A DNA stretch of 64,000 nt from a virus: positions 4,530 to 68,529 of the IMG/VR virus record IMGVR_UViG_3300020213_000030; one strand, given 5' to 3'. The notes below the pieces were generated by a model, which was not told the origin of the DNA, did no database searches, and saw nothing but the letters and a program-made list of their open reading frames with translations. Shown piece after piece: positions 1-10,526 of this stretch. How positions within the stretch are numbered: the stretch's first letter is position 1; every line of letters starts with the position of its first letter. The position numbers and the translations under genes were made by a program.

Positions 1-818
1 CCGCCAAATAGGGCCGGACCCTGAGTTTCGAGAGCGTCCAGCGCCATGGTGATGACCTCCGTGGAGAGATCAGGGTTCCCACGGATCATCCGTGCTGCAT
101 CCTGGGGACTACCTGCCACTCCGACCACCTGGTTGAGGAGCGCCTCGACCTGAAGCCGATCGTTTCTGTCAAGGTTGGCATCACCCCATTCCTGATGGAG
201 CTTGGCCATCGCCACGCCGGCGATATTGGTGTCCATGGTTCCAGCGTTGACACCAGAAATGCCGGCGGGGGTAAAACCTGCAGCAGCGAAGATCCCCGCG
301 CTTTCCTTGGTCAATTGTTGTGCCTGAGCCAGGGCTGCAGGAGTATCCTGCGCAGCTAGGGCATCAATCTCTGCTTGTCGTTGAACGGCAGCCGGGCGGG
401 CCGCTTCGAAGGCCTGGGTCTGATCGTTGGTCCAGACTTGCTGGCTGTTCGCCTCGGCCTGGTTCGCATTGTTCAGCGAATAACCCTGAGTCAACGTGCT
501 GGTCTGGGTATCTCCCAGCATGTTGCGTCGGTGGGTATCAGCCCACTGGAGATCTTCCGGGGCGATTTGATTCCGGCTGAGGCCATCAAAGAGTGTACCA
601 CTCTTCAGGGCAGCATCGAGCTCAGCGGGATTGGTGAAAGCCGCAACGCGCGAGACGAACTCGCTCGAAGCCGCGGACTTTTGGCTGGTATTCAAGCCAT
701 CCAGTGTTTTGATGGCACTGTCAAATCCAGTGTCCAGCAGCTGGCCGGCAAGGCGCTGCGATTCCGTTACACCGGAAAAATTGGGGGCTGCTACTTCACG
801 CCAAGTCAGAGGAGCCAC
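1..818 (-). CDS. N4 gp51-like internal virion/ejection protein (5' part; runs off the window start)
   Basis: Not in the ORF track. Manual translation from GTG at 818 (AAGGA upstream) gives MAPLTWREVAAPNFSGVTESQRLAGQ..., open to position 1. It lies downstream of the gp52-like gene, as in N4 gene order. Confidence 0.75.
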   Translation of the reverse strand, partial: MAPLTWREVAAPNFSGVTESQRLAGQLLDTGFDSAIKTLDGLNTSQKSAASSEFVSRVAAFTNPAELDAALKSGTLFDGLSRNQIAPEDLQWADTHRRNMLGDTQTSTLTQGYSLNNANQAEANSQQVWTNDQTQAFEAARPAAVQRQAEIDALAAQDTPAALAQAQQLTKESAGIFAAAGFTPAGISGVNAGTMDTNIAGVAMAKLHQEWGDANLDRNDRLQVEALLNQVVGVAGSPQDAARMIRGNPDLSTEVITMALDALETQGPALFG

Positions 819-865
819 GACATTATCCTTGAAACATTATGTCTGTAATCGAGTGGGATTATCAG

Positions 866-1330
866 CTAAATCGTCCGCGGAGCCAAGCGGTTCTTGTCGA
901 TGTAAGCCGCAGCTGCTGTCGGCGACTGACTTTCGGTGAAGGCTCGAGTGCGGCCACGATCTTCCAGGGTCGTATTGTACGACTGGATCTGGTTCGTGAG
1001 GTTCACGTTGGCGAAATCCTTTCCGAACTTAAATTGCTCCTTGGCCAGCTTGTTGGCTTCCCAGGCCTGCCACAGCGAGCCAATGGTCTTAAGACCACCG
1101 AGCGCCAGCTGGGCAGTATCCATGTTAAAACCAAGAGCACCACCATTGAGCGGCGGTATACCATTATTGGGGAAGATGTTTGTGTTCGCCGGAGCCGTGG
1201 TCTGTGGGGCATAAGCTGCCACAGGGTTCGAAGCGCCTGTGACACCATAGCCAGACAGTTCGCTGCCGGAGAGTACCGGGGTGGCGCCCATACCAAAGGC
1301 GAAGTCGTTTGGTTTGTACATGTTCGTCAC
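866..1330 (-). CDS. N4 gp52-like virion structural/ejection protein
   Basis: C-terminal AKEQFKFGKDFANVNLTNQIQSYNTTLEDRGR pattern of N4-like gp52; synteny. Confidence 0.7.
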   Translation of the reverse strand: MTNMYKPNDFAFGMGATPVLSGSELSGYGVTGASNPVAAYAPQTTAPANTNIFPNNGIPPLNGGALGFNMDTAQLALGGLKTIGSLWQAWEANKLAKEQFKFGKDFANVNLTNQIQSYNTTLEDRGRTRAFTESQSPTAAAAYIDKNRLAPRTI

Positions 1331-1335
1331 CGTTC

Positions 1336-3651
1336 TTAGGTAAATGCGTCTGGCAGTGTGAGGCTGTATTTTGGGAAATTGTAGAGTAGCTCTCTCGACA
1401 TTTCCGCGATTTCACTTCCGGTCATTAATGTCCGGGTCAGGAAAGTCGCGGAGCTCTCACTCGGGGGGCTGTTGCCAGCGTCGATGAGAAGCGTCGGATC
1501 AATAACCCCAGCACCATACCCGAAATTTTTGAAAAACTCTTGCTGAATTTTCAAAGTTTCAGCCGCGGCCTTTTCAATATAATCCAAAGCCTCAATTTGG
1601 AGGGCCATGGTGCTCTTGTTTATCGAGTTGGTGAAACCTTGGCCAACAGCACTGGTGAGCGCCAGCAAGTTGTCGACCCTGAGTAGATCACTCCAGTTGA
1701 TGGTAAGTGCTCCGGCGGCCTGCATACTGGAGGCCGCAGAGCCAATGGCAAACATAAGCACGGCCCCAACGACCGGTCCAATAGGGCCGAGGCCTGACAG
1801 GAGAGGCTCCAGGAGCTGCATCAGGATCATCGCAGCCAGGGCATTGATGACCGCGCCGGCGATCGCCGCGGTCATTCCGGAGAGACCAAGGGCAGTTCCC
1901 AGTGCAAGGTGTGGGCCGAGGAGTCCGAGACCTGCACCGCCGGTGAAGATTACACTTACAGCGGCAATGACGACGATGACGATGACCTTGAAGAACCAGG
2001 TTTCCCACCATTCCTCGACGTCGATCTCGTAACAGTTGAAGACGATATAGACACAAAAAGTTGCGACCTGCGTTGATTGGATCAGCGGCGTTGCACGCCA
2101 GGTCCCATAATGGAGAGGAATAATGAAGCCCGATTCTTTAGGGTCATCAAGCGCTGTCCAGGCGGTTGTCTCTACGGCATATGAGCTATAGACAAAATTT
2201 CTATGTATCATCCCGGCAACCTCAAGGTAGCTGTGGATGCTGGCCGTCTGCTGCCAATAGAGACGGAACGTCTGCAGGTTGTCATTCCCGGTAATGGGTG
2301 GCTGCTGGGTGAACCAGAGATCCCCAACCTTGGCCCCCGGCTTTCCGAGGCCGGCGCCATATGCTTTAGTGACAAAGTTCCATTGAAGACGGATGTCATA
2401 GGACGTTGAAAGTCCTGTGGTGCTGGTGATCCGGGTCTCATTGGTAGGCATACTCTCTACGGTGGTATTGCCCTCAGCGATCCAGAGTGGATATGCGTCA
2501 GTGCCTCGCAGCTGACTTCGCCGAAGATCATCGAAGAACTGGTAGAGGTAGCGTTTACCGGAGTTGTCAACGGTATTGAGGGAAACTCCGAGGACGATGT
2601 AGGCGTGGTCGATGTCACCAATACTTGGGTTTGCCGCGAGCTGGGTAATCAGTGCCTCGAGACGGGATCCGCTGGTGAGCTTCTTGTAAGCATTCTTGAC
2701 CTGGGCATAGGCGGACGGCTCATTTGTTTCCGACAGAAACGCATTATTAAGGCGGATGGGGAGGAACGGGAAGAAGTCACCCTGAGCCGCGCCAGGGGAA
2801 ATTAGGGCATCAAATTCCGTCGTTCCAGCAACTGCGTAAATGAATACGTCCCGGGCATCGATGGCTCTCTCAACCATCTGGGTGTCAATGCGCCAGGACC
2901 TGTTTTCAGACAGGTCCACCATATGGTGCATGGTTTCAATCGAGCCAGTTACCATGGTGGACGTCGTAGAGATTATGACCGATCGACGATACACCTTATC
3001 GAGGATGCCGTCGTCTACTAACGTCCAACCCGCGGTAGAGGGGTAGGGTTGCCCAATGGCGAGATTAGTGGTGGTACCACTGATCAGAGAGCCGGCGATA
3101 TCGTCGGCTATAACGCCGTAGTAGGCGTAGAGATACCAGGCCGTGGTACTAAAACTGGGGTTTGCAAGCGTGATGAGCACGATGTCATCTATTGCAAAAA
3201 CCAGAGTGGCTGTAGTTCCCGCGGCGTTGATCGAGTAGGTCCAGGGGAGGGCCATGTCACCAGGTCGATTTTCCCGGATCCAGCGCAGCACCCAATATCT
3301 TGAACGACCCTTGGCAAAGAAATAACTCTGTGTGAACCAGATAGGCGTAGCCAGGATCCCAGAGACAATGCCTTCGACCGTTATTGGGCTTGTGTAATCA
3401 CCAGCGGATTCAATATTGCCAGTAGGCAGGCCAATGAGACCATAATTGGTCGGATCCGCTGCCCATCGGTAAAAGGACCGCAGCTGCAGCGCCGGCCCAC
3501 GCAGGTATCCTTCTTTCAGCGTCTCGGTGATACCACCAGGCTTTGGTGAAATCTGCTGGCCAACCACTAGGGTCTTCAGATAGTTCGCTCGTTCAGCGAT
3601 GCTACCCGCAAGGTTGTAAACCACCGAGGCGACTGTGACTTGATCGCCCAC
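1336..3651 (-). CDS. N4 gp53-like virion protein with hydrophobic C-terminal region
   Basis: 771 aa; VASVVYNLAG start, FFPFLPIRLNN and GFIIPLHY motifs, TM-like C-terminus ending FLTRTLMTGSEIA; synteny. Confidence 0.7.
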   Translation of the reverse strand: MGDQVTVASVVYNLAGSIAERANYLKTLVVGQQISPKPGGITETLKEGYLRGPALQLRSFYRWAADPTNYGLIGLPTGNIESAGDYTSPITVEGIVSGILATPIWFTQSYFFAKGRSRYWVLRWIRENRPGDMALPWTYSINAAGTTATLVFAIDDIVLITLANPSFSTTAWYLYAYYGVIADDIAGSLISGTTTNLAIGQPYPSTAGWTLVDDGILDKVYRRSVIISTTSTMVTGSIETMHHMVDLSENRSWRIDTQMVERAIDARDVFIYAVAGTTEFDALISPGAAQGDFFPFLPIRLNNAFLSETNEPSAYAQVKNAYKKLTSGSRLEALITQLAANPSIGDIDHAYIVLGVSLNTVDNSGKRYLYQFFDDLRRSQLRGTDAYPLWIAEGNTTVESMPTNETRITSTTGLSTSYDIRLQWNFVTKAYGAGLGKPGAKVGDLWFTQQPPITGNDNLQTFRLYWQQTASIHSYLEVAGMIHRNFVYSSYAVETTAWTALDDPKESGFIIPLHYGTWRATPLIQSTQVATFCVYIVFNCYEIDVEEWWETWFFKVIVIVVIAAVSVIFTGGAGLGLLGPHLALGTALGLSGMTAAIAGAVINALAAMILMQLLEPLLSGLGPIGPVVGAVLMFAIGSAASSMQAAGALTINWSDLLRVDNLLALTSAVGQGFTNSINKSTMALQIEALDYIEKAAAETLKIQQEFFKNFGYGAGVIDPTLLIDAGNSPPSESSATFLTRTLMTGSEIAEMSRELLYNFPKYSLTLPDAFT

Positions 3652-3656
3652 GACTA

Positions 3657-4268
3657 TTAACTGCCCAGAGCGTTCGCAGCACGGATGGCTATGAGCACTT
3701 CATCCAGGTTGGCGTTGCTGAACTGGGCGGGAGCCAGGAGGCCTTCGTCGATCGTCTTCTGCGTGATCCAGGCGTCAGAGAAGATCTTCGCCACCTTAGT
3801 TTCGGCGTCACGCTGGTAGGAGTCGATCTGCTGGGTATATAGATCCTTCTGTTTGCCAACAGCGCCGACGACTGTTGTGACGTTATCGGAACGAGTGTTC
3901 ATGGTCTGGGACCGCTGCACTTCCATCTGTTCGATGAGCAGTTTTTCCTGCGCTGGCAGGATGGTCGTGTTGGTGATCGTAAGACCGTTACCCTGCAGCA
4001 CCAGGTTGGCGATCTGAGCTTCGGCGGTGAGATCAGACCAGTAGGCCTGATCCGCACCAATGAGGAACTGCTGCGCTGCCCCGAGAGCTGCACTGACGAT
4101 CGCGGTGTACGCTTTGGTGTACTCGGCACCGGAAATCCGGTTGGCCTCATACTCGACCTTGAGGTGAGCTACGAGGCTCACCATCAACTTGTCGAACACA
4201 CCCTCACCGCCGACAGAGCCGGTGGTGAGGTCAAAGATCGTCATCTTTACGGGAGATGCAACGGGCAC
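3657..4268 (-). CDS. N4 gp54-like structural protein
   Basis: LTTGSVGGEGVFDKLM...RISGAEY and KQKDLYTQQIDSYQRDAE...DAWITQKTIDEG motifs; synteny. Confidence 0.7.
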   Translation of the reverse strand: MPVASPVKMTIFDLTTGSVGGEGVFDKLMVSLVAHLKVEYEANRISGAEYTKAYTAIVSAALGAAQQFLIGADQAYWSDLTAEAQIANLVLQGNGLTITNTTILPAQEKLLIEQMEVQRSQTMNTRSDNVTTVVGAVGKQKDLYTQQIDSYQRDAETKVAKIFSDAWITQKTIDEGLLAPAQFSNANLDEVLIAIRAANALGS

Positions 4269-4311
4269 AGTCTTACTCCATTATCAGAATAATCAGGGGT
4301 GGATTAAATAA

Positions 4312-5160
4312 TCAATCCATGCCCTTGGCAGCTGCCTGTGTGGCGGCAAGACGGGCGAGTTCCTGGGTGGTGAGCTGCGGGAGCACCTCGAGAGCAAACT
4401 CACGGGCCATGGAGGTTTCGATTTGCTCCTTGCCGTTGACCTTGCGGACCTTGATCTGCAGGAACTCCCGGTTCTTGAGCTGCTGATAGATGATGAAAGG
4501 GAGGTGGTAGCCGTTCTCGGTCTGCTCGCCGTAGGGAACGAACTTCCGGACGGCGCCAAGGAACGAGTTGGCGACGGTGAAAATCTCGCCCGGCAGATCC
4601 TTCTTGGCCGGGTTGAGGTTCTGGATGCGAACCCGGACCAGCTTCATCTGCTCGGCGTAGAGTTGTTGACGGATACGCTGCTTGGCGGCGATTTTGGACT
4701 CTTTGATCGACGCAGGAGCCAGAGGGGCCGCAACGCCGATTATGCTGTCTTTCAGAGTTGCAATCTGGGCTTCCAGGGCTGCGATTATATCGTTCTGGTT
4801 CGCCGATGCGGCCGATGCGTGGGTCTGGCCTTCGTCGTTTTGGCTGATCCCATCGGGGTTATCGGAGTTGTCGTCGTTTTCCTGAAGGGCCTCACCCTCG
4901 AGCCTGGCATTGATCTTGCCCTTGAGGGTCTCGGCGCTGATGTTGTTCGAGAACGAGATACCCATCAGCCGGGCACGGCTTTTGAGCATGTCGAGCTCAG
5001 TCACCTGAAGTGCCTCATCTTCATCATCGGGCTCTTCCACAGCAGGGAGCGTGGGTGTGGGTTTGGTTGTCTCCGCGGCATCCTGTTCGGCCTTGGCCTT
5101 CAGGACATCTGCAAATAGGTTCTCGGAACTGCTGGGGTTGGGCATGTGAATTTCCTGCAA
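4312..5160 (-). CDS. N4 gp55-like conserved protein
   Basis: LKSRARLMGI and MKLVRVRIQNLNPAKKDLPGEIFTVAN motifs; directly downstream of the capsid gene. Confidence 0.7.
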   Translation of the reverse strand: MQEIHMPNPSSSENLFADVLKAKAEQDAAETTKPTPTLPAVEEPDDEDEALQVTELDMLKSRARLMGISFSNNISAETLKGKINARLEGEALQENDDNSDNPDGISQNDEGQTHASAASANQNDIIAALEAQIATLKDSIIGVAAPLAPASIKESKIAAKQRIRQQLYAEQMKLVRVRIQNLNPAKKDLPGEIFTVANSFLGAVRKFVPYGEQTENGYHLPFIIYQQLKNREFLQIKVRKVNGKEQIETSMAREFALEVLPQLTTQELARLAATQAAAKGMD

Positions 5161-5181
5161 AATGTGGGTCGGAGTCTATGA

Positions 5182-5211
5182 AAAGAGGGAGAGAAGTGAC
5201 TCTCTCCCTCC
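5182..5211 (-). terminator. Intrinsic terminator after the major capsid gene
   Basis: GAGGGAGAGA/TCTCTCCCTC inverted repeat with an A-run on its left (U-tail on the minus strand). Confidence 0.6.
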
Positions 5212-5239
5212 TGTGTTTGCTATCTGGATCCGCCGCCTA

Positions 5240-6442
5240 TTAGATAGGCGCGACGGTCTTAATGAGGCCGATACGCTCGGGCCGCTTGACCAGGATGCCG
5301 TAGTACCACTTGATCGAACTGAAGCCGGTTTCGCCATACGGGTCGTTGCGGTCGGCGGTCTCTTTGCCGGGCATCTTGGTCATGACCGAGAATTTCACGG
5401 TCTTGCCGTCGGTCTGGAAGCCGATCGTGGTGAACGAGTCATCACCGATGACGAGCAGCGGGAACACGTCGTAGTTGCCACCGGTGTTACGGTAGCCAAG
5501 ATTGCCGCCGGTTACGGTTGCACCAACGTCTGCCCAGTGCAGCATTTCCGGAACCTGAACGATGCGGAACGCATCGATGGTGCCAATCTCGCCGTTGAGG
5601 ATCGTGCCGGCGTCGCCGTACTGCTGGACCGGGATGAACGCCGGATTCGTGAAGGTATCCTGCATCGCCTTGAGTAGGGGAACCAGTTCCGAACCAGTGA
5701 ACATTACGCGAGCAGCCGGCAGCGTCTTGGTGTCGACGAGACGCGAACCGGTGATGATCTTGGTCTGCTTCGGGGTACGGTTGTCCATGAGCAGCTGATC
5801 GAGACGCTGGAAGTCAGCGTAGTCGACCACGGAAGGCGTAGCACCTTCACCGGTGATCGTGCCGTTGGTAGTCGCAGCGCCGGCGTAGAGGATGACACCA
5901 GCGTTGGTGAGCAGGTCCTTCTGAAGCACGGCCTCGGTGATCTGCGTCGCACCATTGACGAGCTCGCGACTCAGGTGGTTCATCAGCTCATCGTCGGAAT
6001 CAAAGTCGAGCGCCTCGGCAGTGAACTCGGTGAAGAAACCGAACTTGCTGATCGAGCCTTCACGCTGCAGACGGGTGAAGCCAACACGGTTCACACGGCC
6101 GCCGGCCTCGGACAGGACCGGGAGCTTGGACGCGATTGTGCCAATGTCCTTGGACGAACCATAGAGGTTGCCATCGACGATCGTAGCGCCGGCGGCGTCG
6201 ATGCCCATGTCGTTGACGTTGCGTTCGTCTAGCAGCGGGACGTACTCGTAGACCTTTATGGTCTTGCCGAAGTGCTTGGGCATATTCATCGTCGAGGCGA
6301 GCGGCATGAAATACTGCTCTTTGCGGGCCTCGATGATCGCCTTCTTCAGCCAGAAAAAGGTCTGCATCTGGGCAGAGCCCGTAAGGTCCACGTCCGAACG
6401 AGTGCCACCCGGAGTCAGGGTTGGTGCATTATAATTCAGCAT
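5240..6442 (-). CDS. Major capsid protein (N4 gp56 family)
   Basis: 400 aa; [43 protein letters not shown] and [16 protein letters not shown] motifs. Confidence 0.95.
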   Translation of the reverse strand: MLNYNAPTLTPGGTRSDVDLTGSAQMQTFFWLKKAIIEARKEQYFMPLASTMNMPKHFGKTIKVYEYVPLLDERNVNDMGIDAAGATIVDGNLYGSSKDIGTIASKLPVLSEAGGRVNRVGFTRLQREGSISKFGFFTEFTAEALDFDSDDELMNHLSRELVNGATQITEAVLQKDLLTNAGVILYAGAATTNGTITGEGATPSVVDYADFQRLDQLLMDNRTPKQTKIITGSRLVDTKTLPAARVMFTGSELVPLLKAMQDTFTNPAFIPVQQYGDAGTILNGEIGTIDAFRIVQVPEMLHWADVGATVTGGNLGYRNTGGNYDVFPLLVIGDDSFTTIGFQTDGKTVKFSVMTKMPGKETADRNDPYGETGFSSIKWYYGILVKRPERIGLIKTVAPI

Positions 6443-6482
6443 TTTGAAAATTCCCTTGCGGGACCAACCCGGTTACTCGAAC

Positions 6483-7793
6483 TCAGAGGCGGTCCTTGAA
6501 CTGTTTCAGAAACTCGTCGTCTGCCATCTCTAGCGGATTAACGAGGGCGCCTGACTTGCGGGCTGGCGTCGTTTTGGTTGACGCTGCTGCCGCAGCTTTG
6601 TCACCATTCTGAACCTGGGCCTTCGGAGCTGCGGTGCGAGTCGCGATCACTTGGGGCTGCGGGGTATCCCCCGACAGTGTCTGGATCGGCACTTGGATCG
6701 TCTTGAAGCCGTTAGTGGCCTGCAGATGATCCCCGGCAAGCTTATAGGCTTGTAGGAACGGCGTAGTCGGAGTGATTCGGCCGAACATCTTCTGACGGTC
6801 GATCTCAGCAACGATTTGGCTGTAGACACCATTTTCGCGCTGGGATTGGATAACCCCTAGAACCTGCGGCGATTCGAGGAGAAGCGCTTTGCTCTCCGCG
6901 TCCCACGTCTGGTTGATAACTCGAAGCGTCTCATTGCCGCTGGGATTGGACTGAACGTCTCCGAGCGCCTGATGAAACGCCATCTCCTTGTCACTGACAG
7001 AGTGGCTCTTCGGAGTGTACTCTGCATTATCTCCGATATTCAAGTCAAGAGGGTCGATGCCCGATTCCTTGATTAATTTCTTAATCGCGTCCGGATTTTT
7101 GTTGTTAATGTCAATCAGAAACGACAGCTTGCCCTCGTCGAGCAAGTTGGCCTTCTCGAGCATTTTCAGAGTTTTCAGGGCCGGCTGCAGGTCCTGGATC
7201 TTCCGGCCGTAGCCGGCGCCCATCTGCATCAGACGGAGTGCCTCTTCGGGAGTGTTCAGCTTGATCTCACGCCCGTTCGCCTTGAACGGCGCCATGACCT
7301 GCTTGAAAAACGCCTCGTAGTCGACAGGCTTTTCCGCGACTTTTGCGGCTTCAGCTGCGGCGACGACCTTAGGATCCTTTGGGTCAACAACTGCGGCAGC
7401 GGCTATTTTGGGCTTGCCGTTGGCATCGAGCTCTACAGCTGCATCGACTTTGCCACCGTCCTTTGTGCCCTTGGTCTTGTCGGCTTCCTTGGCTGCGGTC
7501 AGCTCGTCGGCGGATTTTTGTTCGGGGGTCTTGGCATCTTCAACAGCTTGAGCAGCAGCCTCAGTGGCCTTCGCGGCTTCATCGGCAGCTGCCTTTTCCT
7601 CATCGGTCTCGGGCTCAGCAACAACAACAACGGCAGTAGCGGCAGTCTCTGCTTCGGCGACTAGTTCCTCTGGGGTCTTGGCGGCAGGGGCTTCAGTTTC
7701 ATCCGAAGCCACGACTTCAGGCGCATTGATGTTCAGAAAGTCGTCATCCGACATCCCGAGGTAGTCTTTGGTCGTAGCTTCGGAGGTTGTCAT
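6483..7793 (-). CDS. N4 gp57-like protein (scaffold-like, often annotated tape measure)
   Basis: Acidic Ala/Glu N-terminus, PFKANGREI..LMQMGAGY motif, NPLEMADDEF C-terminus; upstream of the capsid gene. Confidence 0.75.
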   Translation of the reverse strand: MTTSEATTKDYLGMSDDDFLNINAPEVVASDETEAPAAKTPEELVAEAETAATAVVVVAEPETDEEKAAADEAAKATEAAAQAVEDAKTPEQKSADELTAAKEADKTKGTKDGGKVDAAVELDANGKPKIAAAAVVDPKDPKVVAAAEAAKVAEKPVDYEAFFKQVMAPFKANGREIKLNTPEEALRLMQMGAGYGRKIQDLQPALKTLKMLEKANLLDEGKLSFLIDINNKNPDAIKKLIKESGIDPLDLNIGDNAEYTPKSHSVSDKEMAFHQALGDVQSNPSGNETLRVINQTWDAESKALLLESPQVLGVIQSQRENGVYSQIVAEIDRQKMFGRITPTTPFLQAYKLAGDHLQATNGFKTIQVPIQTLSGDTPQPQVIATRTAAPKAQVQNGDKAAAAASTKTTPARKSGALVNPLEMADDEFLKQFKDRL

Positions 7794-7799
7794 GGCTGG

Positions 7800-8132
7800 T
7801 TATTCCATTTCTACCGAGCGCAACTCGTCGAGCGCTGCATGCATATCCGGAAGCTCCCGATCTGCTACGGCGCCCATTTGGACCATCATCGAAAGATAGC
7901 GTTTCATGTGGCCGGTGGCTTGAGCCATGGCCAAAGCATCGGCACGTTTGTTCGAGTCGAGTATTGGGTCGGCGGAGAGCTGGACCAGGCGGGCGGCCTC
8001 GGTCGTAAAATAGTGATCGAGGAAGAGCGTTTTGAACTCATGGTTGCCAGCGAGTTTGATCGCCATGTTGCGGCGGGAGACCAGGTCCTCGGCATCCTTG
8101 ATGCCCTGCTCGAGGTCTTGTAGTTCTGACAT
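7800..8132 (-). CDS. N4 gp58-like conserved protein
   Basis: FKTLFLDHYFTTEAARLV motif; lies between the portal and gp57-like genes. Confidence 0.7.
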   Translation of the reverse strand: MSELQDLEQGIKDAEDLVSRRNMAIKLAGNHEFKTLFLDHYFTTEAARLVQLSADPILDSNKRADALAMAQATGHMKRYLSMMVQMGAVADRELPDMHAALDELRSVEME

Positions 8133-8233
8133 TTGAATTCCTTGGGTTTTGTGGGTTGTACAATTATAAGTTTATCCCCGGCGATAATGCCGCGTCAATA
8201 CCTATGATAAATTTAGAGCCATTATGCTGATAA

Positions 8234-10441
8234 TCAGAGGATGCTTGGCGTCCTCGGATCACCATCCCGCTTGGTCAAAGAGTTGTAGCCAACGGCCGCT
8301 TCAATGTTGCCTCCCCGCTCGTTAGGTTTTCTTGGTTTGAGTAGGGATTTGGTCACCTCGAGGTTTTGGTTGCCGGTTGACTGGGCGACCTGTTTCTCCA
8401 AGGCTCGGGTATGCTCGGTGCCGGTTTCCTGTTCGACGGTATCAAGGACGACCTGTTCGGCGTCGGCCATCTTTTTCTGGGACTCGGCCTGGTTCTTCAT
8501 GATCTGTGAATCGATCAGAGCAATCTCTTTCTCAAGCTTCATGACCTCCAGCTCCTTGGCCTTTTGAACCAGAGGATCAGGCTGAGGTGCGTAAGCTTCG
8601 ATCTTGTGCTGCAGCTCGGGCATACGCTTGAGACGCGCGATCTCAGACAGGATCAGCTTGGTGACCTCGAAGTCCATGTTTGGGCCCATGGTCTGGAGCA
8701 TAAACGACAGGTCCTGAGCTTTCGCAGCGTCGATCTCCGCGGTGGAGATGTCGACTTTGAGGTCGAACTCGCCGGCGACGCTGTGCAGATCCTCACGTTT
8801 TATGGTGACGAAGTTCTCGTTGGTGACGGCAACGATTTCCTCTTCCGAGAGGAATTCGGCATTCATGGCGATGATCTTCTTGCCAATCGCAACCATGCCG
8901 GCAGCAAGTCGGCGGAGGATCGCCATTTCACGCTTCGAGGAGGCGTCGAGGATGCCCCTGATACCGGCGGCGACGTCACCATAAGCATTGCCAGAAAGCC
9001 CTCCGGAGAATGCTTTCACACCCGTCAGGGCTTCAGCTTCCTGGTTCTGCAGGCTCAACATCAGCATCGCTGATTGGGGGATCTCGGGGTACTTGTGCTC
9101 GAACATGCCGTGGTTCGGTGGCATATTCGGGTTGTACTCGTAGTCGAGGCCCGACTCGTAACGGCGCTTGTTGAGAACATCGAGCATGCCTTTGGCAAAG
9201 CCCTGCTGGGCGTTGGCCGATCGACCCAGCAGATCTACCATGCCGCGCGTAACAGCACCCAGGACCTTCTGGTTTTCCTCGAGGAGCTCAGCATCCGGCT
9301 CGCCCAGGACCTGCCGTTTCACCGGCATGTAGGGCGCAACGACAAAGGGGTGCTTCCCGTCCGGGAAGGGATTTTCCTCCAGGCGAACGAGAACACCCTC
9401 GACCCAGGTAGCCACGATGGGAACCAGGGTGCCATCACCATGGATGTCATAGTCGCCCCAATACTCGTGGGCGACGACCCGCTTCCGGAGTGCATCCTTG
9501 TAGTTGAAGTTGATGTCCGTCGACTGGGGCGCATGGTTCGGCTCCAGGATGGTCGTGGCGCCTTCCCAGTTCACGAACGTGAGGTTCTTGTACCGCTTGG
9601 GCTCTTTCTTGAGCTCGGCCTGCGAGGTCTCGAATGAGACGATGACGAAGCCGGCCTTTTCGATGTCCCCACCACAGGAGGGATCGAAGTATAGGTTCTC
9701 GATGTTGACCACAGCCAGAGTGGGCCGGTTGTCGATGACCTTCTCGACCTTCACCTTTTCGGTGCCGACCTGAACCGCAACGTTGGGCGTCCCGGTTTCC
9801 TGGAAGAACTGGCAAGCAGCGATAAGCGCCGGATCCAGCTTAGAATACTCATTCGGGTTAGTCTGGCGCAGCTGCTCGGCCTGCTCAAGAGCCTGGATGT
9901 CTTCCTGGCTTTGGGGCTGCCGGTATTCCCAGACCGGGACCTCTTCTTCGACTTCGGTCGTGATCCGGTTCCAGCCGCAACGCACGACAACGGTGCCCTC
10001 GTCGACGCAGGCACGGACGTAATTATCGATGAAGTTGACGCGGTTGATCTTCGTGCGGAACTGCCAGTTTAGGATCAGTTCGTTCTGCTGGGCGGCCTTT
10101 GCATCTTCCCAAGTCGTCGGTGAAACATTAAAGGTCTTTTCCGATGAGTTGAAGGGCTCGGTCAGGGCTGAGTAGCGCCACTCCGCCTGACGACGGATCA
10201 GCTTGGGCTGGATCTGGGAACGGCCCTTGATCTTGGGCGGCTTGGCCTCGCCCGTGATATTGTTGAGGTCGTTCCACTTCCTAACCTTCAAAACAAAGGT
10301 GTCATGCGCCGGCCGAGAGGCCTCAAGGTCCTCCTGCAGCTTTGCCGTCGTTGGCTCGTTTGCCCACTTTGTCAACTTGGGTGCCATTGCCGGATTGGTC
10401 GGTATAAGATCTCGAGTCTCAACAGCTTCGGTGTTGACCAT
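8234..10441 (-). CDS. Portal protein (N4 gp59 family)
   Basis: 735 aa; GRSQIQPKLIRRQAEWRYSALTEPF, LGRSANAQQG and EALTGVKAFSGG motifs. Confidence 0.93.
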   Translation of the reverse strand: MVNTEAVETRDLIPTNPAMAPKLTKWANEPTTAKLQEDLEASRPAHDTFVLKVRKWNDLNNITGEAKPPKIKGRSQIQPKLIRRQAEWRYSALTEPFNSSEKTFNVSPTTWEDAKAAQQNELILNWQFRTKINRVNFIDNYVRACVDEGTVVVRCGWNRITTEVEEEVPVWEYRQPQSQEDIQALEQAEQLRQTNPNEYSKLDPALIAACQFFQETGTPNVAVQVGTEKVKVEKVIDNRPTLAVVNIENLYFDPSCGGDIEKAGFVIVSFETSQAELKKEPKRYKNLTFVNWEGATTILEPNHAPQSTDINFNYKDALRKRVVAHEYWGDYDIHGDGTLVPIVATWVEGVLVRLEENPFPDGKHPFVVAPYMPVKRQVLGEPDAELLEENQKVLGAVTRGMVDLLGRSANAQQGFAKGMLDVLNKRRYESGLDYEYNPNMPPNHGMFEHKYPEIPQSAMLMLSLQNQEAEALTGVKAFSGGLSGNAYGDVAAGIRGILDASSKREMAILRRLAAGMVAIGKKIIAMNAEFLSEEEIVAVTNENFVTIKREDLHSVAGEFDLKVDISTAEIDAAKAQDLSFMLQTMGPNMDFEVTKLILSEIARLKRMPELQHKIEAYAPQPDPLVQKAKELEVMKLEKEIALIDSQIMKNQAESQKKMADAEQVVLDTVEQETGTEHTRALEKQVAQSTGNQNLEVTKSLLKPRKPNERGGNIEAAVGYNSLTKRDGDPRTPSIL

Positions 10442-10526
10442 TTTCAGAACCTGTGAACGATTATTGAGATAATCCTTACAGGACTTTCCCAGAGATTTCT
10501 ATGAATATCACAAAATTGATTATTAG